Source of the DNA: Gammaproteobacteria bacterium
GTDB taxonomy: Bacteria > Bacteroidota > Bacteroidia > Flavobacteriales_D > JABDKJ01
Assembly (NCBI GenBank): GCA_047638815.1
Contig: JBLIMR010000006.1
Location: 6,805-70,804 of the forward strand
Direction: 5' to 3'
Length of the DNA stretch: 64,000 nucleotides
Position numbers and translations under genes: made by a program. Below are positions 57,298 to 64,000 of the stretch, piece after piece. Positions within the stretch are counted from its first letter, which is position 1; each line of letters starts with the position of its first letter. The notes beneath the pieces were generated by a model, which saw nothing but the letters and a program-made list of their open reading frames with translations, made no database searches and was not told the origin of the DNA.

Positions 57298-57893
57298 TGC
57301 AATTTCGCCCCTATTTTATTGATCAAATTTTGCTTTGCAGAATCGTGCCACTCACTCTCCAATATGCTTAATACAATACTGTCTCTTCTGCCGGTAGAAC
57401 TTGCACAATTGTTTCTTAATACACCCTCAAATTGGCATCCAATACTCTTCATTGCTGCTATGCTTCTCTCGTTGTTGTTATCTGCTCTAAATTCAACCCT
57501 AGCTAAATTAAGCGTCTCAAAAGCAAACTGTAACAGTAGAAATTTACAGTTCTTATTTAGACCTGTACCTTGGAATTTTTCACCGTACCAAGTGAAGCCA
57601 AGTTGCACGGTGTTGTGTCTTTCTTGATAGTCATAGAATCGTGTAGATCCAGCATAGGCCTTCATCTTTTTATCATAAACTAAGAATGGGTATGCTGATT
57701 TAGACTTTCTAGTATCAAGAGCATATTGAATGTACTTATTGTAATTTTCTGTCCCGTTTGCTGGCAACAATGAGTAATCCCAAAGATTAGGCTCTTCTAG
57801 AGCAAAATGTGCTAACTCTTTTTCATTAACCTCATCTAATGGGCTCAAGAGCACTCGATCATTCTCTAAAATATATTCTTTATCAAAAACCAT
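57294..57893 (-). CDS. GNAT family N-acetyltransferase (RimJ/RimL-like)
   Basis: VQLGFTWYGEKFQGTGLNKNCKFLLLQFAFE...RVEFRADNNNERSIAAMKSIG. Confidence 0.8.
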   Translation of the reverse strand: MVFDKEYILENDRVLLSPLDEVNEKELAHFALEEPNLWDYSLLPANGTENYNKYIQYALDTRKSKSAYPFLVYDKKMKAYAGSTRFYDYQERHNTVQLGFTWYGEKFQGTGLNKNCKFLLLQFAFETLNLARVEFRADNNNERSIAAMKSIGCQFEGVLRNNCASSTGRRDSIVLSILESEWHDSAKQNLINKIGAKLQ

Positions 57894-58028
57894 ATTAAAT
57901 TATTTCCCAATTGCTTTAGCGTCTAAAAATAAATAAAACTTATTGTAAAAAATGTGTACTGGGAGACAAAATTATCGATGGGAATTTAATATAAGTCTCA
58001 GTAAATAATGTGCCTAATACAACTAATC

Positions 58029-58565
58029 CTAGATCCACTCTTTAACATATAGCACACAAGACTTAATCCTGCTATTTTCTAATAACAATGAATGATCAAA
58101 CGTACTATGATAGGTCATCCCTATCTTCTTCATTATTGCTATAGATGCTAAATTTATTTCGGATGCCACAGCATAAATTTTATGAAGATTTTTTATCTCA
58201 AATGCAAAGTCCAAACATCTTTTGGCTCCTTCCGTTGCAAGGCCTTTACCCCATTCACTTTTTTTTAACCGCCAACCAATATCAACGCATGGAGTAAAGT
58301 GACTGTCATAAGTTTGTTCGCACAACCCAATAAATCCAATAAGCTTCTTCTCATCAAGTCTCTCAACTGCAAAATAACAGAAGCCCGTTTTGCTATGCTG
58401 TTCTTGCATTCTTATTATAAATTTTTCAGTTAATTCCCGGTTGCTTATAGATGGGAAATACTTCATCACGTCATGATCAGTAGTTATCTCAGTGTATGCG
58501 TCCAAGTCGCTCAACGTCCAATTTCTAAACCCTAATCTTTCTGAAGTAAATAAATAACCGCTCAT
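58029..58565 (-). CDS. GNAT family N-acetyltransferase
   Basis: VDIGWRLKKSEWGKGLATEGAKRCLDFAF...ASIAIMKKIGM. Confidence 0.8.
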   Translation of the reverse strand: MSGYLFTSERLGFRNWTLSDLDAYTEITTDHDVMKYFPSISNRELTEKFIIRMQEQHSKTGFCYFAVERLDEKKLIGFIGLCEQTYDSHFTPCVDIGWRLKKSEWGKGLATEGAKRCLDFAFEIKNLHKIYAVASEINLASIAIMKKIGMTYHSTFDHSLLLENSRIKSCVLYVKEWI

Positions 58566-58749
58566 GTTTATTATATCTGTGCAAGTTTAATTTTTTCAAA
58601 ATTACCATATACTTCAATGTGAATTGAAACGAATACACATTTTTAAACTCATAAATATTTATCATTTAGCCCAATTTTCGCAGTACATTCGCGCCTTATC
58701 GTAAATGACCGTTGCCAAGTGATTGTCATTTTTTTAATTTTATTGAAAT

Positions 58750-60033
58750 ATGACATTCAAAGAACTGGGCTTGATCGATCCTTTATTAAAAGCTGTTGCT
58801 AAAAAAGGATATAGCGAACCATCGCCTATTCAGGAAAAGGCAATTCCAAGGGTGCTTGAGGGCAAAGATGTTCTGGCATCTGCTCAAACAGGTACAGGTA
58901 AAACGGCTGGATTTACACTACCTATTTTACAGCTCTTATCTGCCAAGAAACTGAGTAAAAGACCTGTTAGATGTTTGATTTTGACTCCAACAAGAGAATT
59001 GGCAGCTCAAGTTTATGAGAATATAAGAGAATATAGCGAATTTCTTGACTTGCGCTCTACTGTGATTTTTGGGGGTGTCAATGCCAATCCTCAAAAACGA
59101 AATCTCAGAAATGGTGTCGACATTCTTGTCGCAACACCCGGTAGACTTTTGGATCTGCACGATCAGAAAATATTCTCCCTATCCCAAGTTGAAATATTCG
59201 TATTGGATGAAGCGGATAGAATGCTAGATATGGGTTTTGTGAGGGACATCAATAAAGTCATGGCACTTATGCCAAAAAAACGCCAGAATTTGCTTTTCTC
59301 TGCTACTTTTTCGAAGGACATTAGAAAACTCGCGAAAGAAATTCTATTTCAGCCGGTGTCTGTTGAAGCTACTCCTGAAAAATTAACTGCGGAAATGGTA
59401 AAGCAGAGAGGATATCGGGTTGATAAGGGCCTTAAAACAACGCTGATCATTAAGTTAATCTCTGATGGAAATTGGAATCAAGTTTTAGTTTTCACTCGTA
59501 CCAAGCATGGTGCAAATAAATTGACGAAAAAAATGGACGCTGCAAAAATATCTGCTGCAGCCATCCATGGGAATAAAAGTCAAGGGGCCAGGACTAAGGC
59601 ATTAGCGGCCTTCAAGAAAGGAGATATACGCGTGCTTGTCGCTACCGACATTGCTGCACGTGGATTGGACATCCCACTTCTTCCGCATGTGATAAATTTC
59701 GAATTGCCTAATATTCCAGAAGATTATGTCCATAGAATTGGCAGGACAGGTAGAGCCGGTGCTAGTGGTGAGGCCTTATCCTTAATTAGTCTAGATGAAA
59801 TGGAGTATGTTCACAGTATTGAAAAACTGTTAGGTCAGAAATTAGATACTGAGATTGTTGAAGGATTCGAGCCAACGGAAACATTAGAAAATTTACCTCC
59901 AAAGAAAAAACAATCTTCAAACAATAGATCTCGAAACAACAATAACAACCGGAATAATAAAAAGTCTCCTAGAAGAAATAGTTCCGGAGGCGGAAATAAT
60001 TCTGGAGGTGGAAATAATAGAAGAAGAAACTAA
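58750..60033 (+). CDS. rhlE: DEAD-box ATP-dependent RNA helicase (RhlE-like) with N/G/R-rich tail
   Basis: Q-motif, [31 protein letters not shown], and a low-complexity basic C-terminal tail. Confidence 0.9.
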   Translation: MTFKELGLIDPLLKAVAKKGYSEPSPIQEKAIPRVLEGKDVLASAQTGTGKTAGFTLPILQLLSAKKLSKRPVRCLILTPTRELAAQVYENIREYSEFLDLRSTVIFGGVNANPQKRNLRNGVDILVATPGRLLDLHDQKIFSLSQVEIFVLDEADRMLDMGFVRDINKVMALMPKKRQNLLFSATFSKDIRKLAKEILFQPVSVEATPEKLTAEMVKQRGYRVDKGLKTTLIIKLISDGNWNQVLVFTRTKHGANKLTKKMDAAKISAAAIHGNKSQGARTKALAAFKKGDIRVLVATDIAARGLDIPLLPHVINFELPNIPEDYVHRIGRTGRAGASGEALSLISLDEMEYVHSIEKLLGQKLDTEIVEGFEPTETLENLPPKKKQSSNNRSRNNNNNRNNKKSPRRNSSGGGNNSGGGNNRRRN

Positions 60034-61415
60034 AGAATACTTATAGTTTCCGTTGTCACCTCACCCTTGTAGATAATTTCTAGGATATAAGTTCCTGTAG
60101 AGATATGACTCACATCGATGTTGAAATTTGATTTATTCGGTATGACCGTCATCAAATTATTACCTGATAAAGTTCGAAGATTTATTTTGGAAACATCAAT
60201 GTAATTTTCATTAAACACGAGTTTAATCTCGAGATCTGTTGGATTGGGGTAAACTACAAAATCAATGATTTTTCTCTCTTGAATATTTGTAGGATCTTCA
60301 ACAAGAAACTGATCTATATATGATTCTATTTCATTTTGGATCGCATTGTAAGAACCTTCTCCATTGGTTAATATTATCAGGCCAGTGCTATCCGATGGAT
60401 AATAATTGAGCTGGGTACGGACGCCATTCATATATCCCCCATGGCTCCAATAGTTTCCTTGTGGATCTCCCCACCAGGTATCGGTTCCCCACCATGCTAA
60501 TCCATTAGTCAATGACTCAGGAACAATTGCCTGAAAGATCTCTTGGCTAAATAACGGTTCATTATTAAAAAGCCCACCTTGGGTATAACAAATAAGAAAA
60601 TTTGATAACTCCAAAACATTAGCCTTTAACATGGCTGCCGGATATTCAGGTACAGAATAATAACCATATGGAATCAAATTGGAATTGTATGGCATCGCAA
60701 GATCAGTTTCATCAATTTCTGAATAAAACCATCCTGCAGATTCCATTTCTAAAGGGGCAAGAATAGTATTGTTCACATATTCATTGAACGGCATTTCACT
60801 AACTGATTCCACAATGAAGCCCAAAAGAGTAAAACCAGCATTGCTATACCAATATGAGGAACTCCCAGGACCATTTGATCCCCAGTTGCCAGAATTATAT
60901 AAGGCCCCACCTTCAATAAAATATGCCTCGCAGAAATTACCTAGTGAATATACAGGATCTCCAATTTCGATCCATAATTGCAGATCAGATTCTGAGTCAG
61001 ATAGACTAGACTTATGAGTCAGTAATTGTCTAGTTGTGATTGGAGCATTTGGGAAATTAGGGTTGGAAATTTGAAAAGGCAAGTAGTCGTTAATGTCAGC
61101 ATCAAGATCCAACAATCCATCTTCCATAAGCATTGCACAAGCAGTTGCCGCGAATAGTTTTGAAATGCTGGCCAAGGTAAATTCAGTTTCTAAAGTTACT
61201 GGTGAATTTGTTTCAATATTTGCCAATCCCATTGCTGTTGACCAAACAACTTGTCCATCCTTGATGATACTGGCAGCCAATCCTGGAATATTATTTATTT
61301 CCATTTGATTGGAAATGAAATTTTCTAAATCTTCGGCAAGCTCATCGTTACCAGTTTGCCCGGAAATTTCACATCCTATGCATGAGTAGAAGAATAAAAT
61401 GAAAATATATTTCAT
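60030..61415 (-). CDS. Serine hydrolase (beta-lactamase fold) with T9SS CTD
   Basis: Signal peptide; SxxK motif ASISKLF; C-terminal [14 protein letters not shown]...[19 protein letters not shown]. Confidence 0.8.
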   Translation of the reverse strand: MKYIFILFFYSCIGCEISGQTGNDELAEDLENFISNQMEINNIPGLAASIIKDGQVVWSTAMGLANIETNSPVTLETEFTLASISKLFAATACAMLMEDGLLDLDADINDYLPFQISNPNFPNAPITTRQLLTHKSSLSDSESDLQLWIEIGDPVYSLGNFCEAYFIEGGALYNSGNWGSNGPGSSSYWYSNAGFTLLGFIVESVSEMPFNEYVNNTILAPLEMESAGWFYSEIDETDLAMPYNSNLIPYGYYSVPEYPAAMLKANVLELSNFLICYTQGGLFNNEPLFSQEIFQAIVPESLTNGLAWWGTDTWWGDPQGNYWSHGGYMNGVRTQLNYYPSDSTGLIILTNGEGSYNAIQNEIESYIDQFLVEDPTNIQERKIIDFVVYPNPTDLEIKLVFNENYIDVSKINLRTLSGNNLMTVIPNKSNFNIDVSHISTGTYILEIIYKGEVTTETISIL

Positions 61416-61499
61416 ATTGATTGTGCTAAGGGGTTCTTATTCATCAAAGATGCTAAAATTAAATTTGTGTTTTTCTTGTGAATTCTAACCTTACATGAT

Positions 61500-61539
61500 A
61501 AAAAAGGACCGACACTTCGATGAAATGTCGGTCCTTTTT
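61500..61539 (-). terminator. Intrinsic terminator after the cupredoxin gene (bidirectional shape)
   Basis: A-run, GGACCGACA ... TGTCGGTCC 9-bp stem, T-run. Located 23 nt downstream of the minus-strand stop at 61562. Confidence 0.75.
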
Positions 61540-61561
61540 AAATTTGAATTTAATGATTGAT

Positions 61562-62161
61562 TTATTTCTCTACGTGGAATTTCTTTCGAACGATTCCTGT
61601 AGAAGTTTCCATAATCAAGATATATATACCCGATTTTAAATCAGAAACATCAATTGTCTTATCTCCTTTAGACCAATAAGCGTTGTTTGTTCTAACTCCG
61701 GCCGTTGTTATAATGTAAAGTCCTTCTACGTCAATATTGTCAGATATTGCATAGTTTAAATTATCAGTAGCTGGATTCGGATATAAATCCAATTCCTCAA
61801 TTAATGAGCCTTCCTCAATGCCCTCAGGACTTAGTACTGTGATAGTACCAAACTGAGTGTCTGCGTGATCGAATAAAGTACATTCGTAATCATAAGTACC
61901 AGCAACCTCAAAAATGAACATAAATTCGTTTGGTGATTGTAAATCTCCAGAATCTATGGTAACCGGACCACTTGTTGTTGTAACATTGTGTGTCCCTAGT
62001 ACAAAATCCCATATTACCGTATCACCTATGTTAATCGTTAGGAATTGTGGCAAGTAATATGGTGTTACATTTTGATTCCCACCTACCTCGACAATAAACG
62101 TTTCTGCATTTGCGTAGCCATTTGATAGGAAAAGGATAATAAAGAGTAATAGTTTTTTCAT
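61562..62161 (-). CDS. Cupredoxin (plastocyanin/azurin-like) domain protein with T9SS CTD
   Basis: Signal peptide. GDTVIWDFVLGTHNV and YDYECTLFDHADTQFGTITV follow the cupredoxin pattern. C-terminal LDLYPNPATDNLNY...GIVRKKFHVEK. Confidence 0.7.
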   Translation of the reverse strand: MKKLLLFIILFLSNGYANAETFIVEVGGNQNVTPYYLPQFLTINIGDTVIWDFVLGTHNVTTTSGPVTIDSGDLQSPNEFMFIFEVAGTYDYECTLFDHADTQFGTITVLSPEGIEEGSLIEELDLYPNPATDNLNYAISDNIDVEGLYIITTAGVRTNNAYWSKGDKTIDVSDLKSGIYILIMETSTGIVRKKFHVEK

Positions 62162-62322
62162 AGTTGTTAATTTAATTTTAGCGCAAAACTATTAAAAAAA
62201 CCACGAATCACTTCCTGCATCAAGTAATATAATTTGATAATTATTAAATTCCCATGCCACACCATGGCCAAAAAGGGGAAATTTTGTTTATCTTCGATTA
62301 AAATTGATTAAACAGTATCCAA

Positions 62323-63216
62323 GTGAGCATAAAGACGAGTTTCACAATCAAGGATTTAGAAAATCTTAGTGGTATAAAAGCCCATACCATAAGAATATGG
62401 GAAAAGAGATATAATCTGCTTCAACCTGAACGAACGGACTCGAATATTCGCACCTATAATCTTGATAGTCTTCAAAAGATATTAAGCATATCAATCATTA
62501 ATAATCAAGGAGTTAAGGTATCTAAAATAGCCTGTTTGAATAGACAGGACATCAATGATAAAATTCTAGAAATAACCGCAGTCAGCAAATCAATTGAGCC
62601 ACATGTAAATGAGCTAAAAATGGCGATGTTAAAGTTCGATCAGAACAGATTCAACGAAACTTATAAAAAGTTAGCTGCTGATTATTCAATTGTCGAGATA
62701 TTCTCCAAAGTATTCTTTCCGTTACTGGAAAACATTGGTTTGTTGTGGATTTCGAGTACTATTACTCCGGCTCACGAGCATTTTATTACCAATCTTGTTA
62801 AACAGAAATTACTGATTGCAATTGGTCAATTGACTGAAAACATACCCCCTAATGATAAAACTTTTGTTTTATTTCTGCCGCTAAATGAGATTCATGATAT
62901 TGGTCTCCTTCTAGTGCATCATGAGTTGCTTTCCAGAGGCTATAAATCTATTTATCTAGGGCAGAGTATTCCTATTGAAAACCTGATTCTGATGCAGAAT
63001 GTTTTTGATAAAATTACGTATGTCAGTTATTTCACGGTATCTCCCACTGAAATCTGCCTCCAAGATTATTTCAACAAAGTGCATGAAACGGTACTTAAAC
63101 CGAAGAAAGAAAAATTGCATCTTCTTGGCCGAAAAATAAAAGATTGTACCGCGAGTATTCCTTCCAGTATTACCGTTCATACTGATGCTTTAGAAATGAT
63201 CAAGCTATGGTCTTAA
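62323..63216 (+). CDS. MerR-family regulator with B12-binding-like C-terminal domain (CarH/LitR type)
   Basis: MerR HTH FTIKDLENLSGIKAHTIRIWEKRY. C-terminal VLFLPLNEIHDIGLLLV...GYKSIYLG carries the ExHxxG variant of the DxHxxG cobalamin-binding motif. GTG start. Confidence 0.65.
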   Translation: MSIKTSFTIKDLENLSGIKAHTIRIWEKRYNLLQPERTDSNIRTYNLDSLQKILSISIINNQGVKVSKIACLNRQDINDKILEITAVSKSIEPHVNELKMAMLKFDQNRFNETYKKLAADYSIVEIFSKVFFPLLENIGLLWISSTITPAHEHFITNLVKQKLLIAIGQLTENIPPNDKTFVLFLPLNEIHDIGLLLVHHELLSRGYKSIYLGQSIPIENLILMQNVFDKITYVSYFTVSPTEICLQDYFNKVHETVLKPKKEKLHLLGRKIKDCTASIPSSITVHTDALEMIKLWS

Positions 63217-63261
63217 ATTCTAAAGATTTCTTGTCATATTTGCAACTGAATTAACAGAATT

Positions 63262-63624
63262 ATGGCACTTACCAATAATGATATTCTAAAAAAATTAAGA
63301 GTTGCTCTAAAACTTAGGGACGATGAAATTGTTGACATCTTGAAACTTGTCGATTTTAAAATAAGTAAAAGTGAACTCGGTGCTTTTTTCAGAAGAGAGG
63401 ATCATCCAAAATACATGCCACTCCAGGACCAAATATTAAGGAATTTTCTTAACGCCTTGGTCATACACAAAAGGGGACCTATGGAGCGTAAGTCGTCTGA
63501 CATCAACAAGTTATCTAAAGATTCTAATAAGGGAGATTTTAAGAGAAAACCTGCAGGCACTTCAAATCCTACAAAAAAAGGAGGAAATAAACTGAAGATA
63601 ACAAGACGTCCAGACAATTCATAA
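63262..63624 (+). CDS. DUF1456 (YehS-like) family protein
   Basis: LTNNDILKKLRVALKLRDDEIVDILKL...LRNFLNALVIHKRG matches the DUF1456 repeat pattern. Confidence 0.65.
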   Translation: MALTNNDILKKLRVALKLRDDEIVDILKLVDFKISKSELGAFFRREDHPKYMPLQDQILRNFLNALVIHKRGPMERKSSDINKLSKDSNKGDFKRKPAGTSNPTKKGGNKLKITRRPDNS

Positions 63625-63717
63625 AGCGTATCAATATCCAAGCGAAAAGAACGCTTAAACTAAGATCACTTTAACCGATCATTGGTTTTTATTCGATGTA
63701 AACTGTTTCAGAAAATT

Positions 63718-64000
63718 ATGATCTTGAAAAAATCTCACAAACTATCTATTTTTATCATGCTATTGGTGGTAATCGTATTAACATCAGTAACTTATTACAA
63801 TAATGCCAAGAATGATAGACTCCCTGTTCTTAAACCTACTGATGTCAATCCTGAACTGGTTGATCCATCAGTTAGGGTGGCTGGTTCTCATACAATTGCC
63901 GACTTCGAGTTATTGGATCAGAGGGGCAAAAGCGTTGACAATAGTGTTGTAGATGGAAAAATATATGTTGCTGATTTTTTCTTTAGCACTTGCCAAACCA
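63718..64000 (+). CDS. SCO1/SenC-like thioredoxin-fold protein, 5' part (runs off the window)
   Basis: ATG at 63718, TM anchor LSIFIMLLVVIVL, then FELLDQRGKSV...GKIYVADFFFSTCQT, the start of the SCO CxxxC region. Not in the ORF track because no stop lies within the window. Confidence 0.6.
   Translation, partial: MILKKSHKLSIFIMLLVVIVLTSVTYYNNAKNDRLPVLKPTDVNPELVDPSVRVAGSHTIADFELLDQRGKSVDNSVVDGKIYVADFFFSTCQT

Noticed and set aside
56920-58565. VOC + GNAT + GNAT cluster as a possible resistance or toxin-modification system
   Set aside because: These are very common stand-alone small enzymes. There is no partner toxin, regulator or mobile element, and nothing beyond adjacency to suggest a system.

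Overview
AT-rich chromosomal segment that reads like a Bacteroidota (Flavobacteriia-type) genome. The basis is eight proteins ending in a T9SS-type C-terminal sorting domain (a YPNP/FPNP motif about 80 aa from the end), dapB-lepB-wbqC synteny, and many lipoprotein signal peptides. Most of the window is ordinary core metabolism. It holds a complete eight-gene trpEGDCFBA + DAHP synthase operon on the minus strand, preceded by a Trp-Trp leader peptide and an intrinsic-terminator attenuator. It also holds dapB, lepB, a thiolase, an acyl-CoA carboxyltransferase, a long-chain acyl-CoA ligase, a DEAD-box helicase, SulP/SSF/MFS/AtoE transporters, and one tRNA-Ser(GCU). I see no rRNA, CRISPR array, transposase, integrase, phage gene or recognisable defence island, and no clearly novel multi-gene system. 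Three things are not explained by ordinary annotation. (1) A dispersed family of short-period intergenic repeats is tied together by exact 14-, 18- and 20-mers. At one site it brackets, in inverted orientation, a decayed four-helix-bundle (23S rRNA IVS protein family) gene wedged between dapB and lepB. At another site it occurs without a gene, next to a 15-unit GTCAG-core microsatellite. (2) The window is unusually dense in T9SS cargo with redox cofactor signatures: a five-heme cytochrome c, a heme-c motif fused to a PHM/DBH-like copper monooxygenase signature, a cupredoxin with an atypical ligand loop, and a WCxxC thioredoxin-fold protein. (3) There are several decay or relic signals: a partial direct copy of the tRNA-Ser 3' end 150 bp away, a frameshifted ketopantoate-reductase-like gene, and a collapsed BNR/T9SS gene. 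All family names come from motif recognition by eye; no searches were run. Several start codons were moved from the ORF track to an internal ATG that gives a proper signal peptide.
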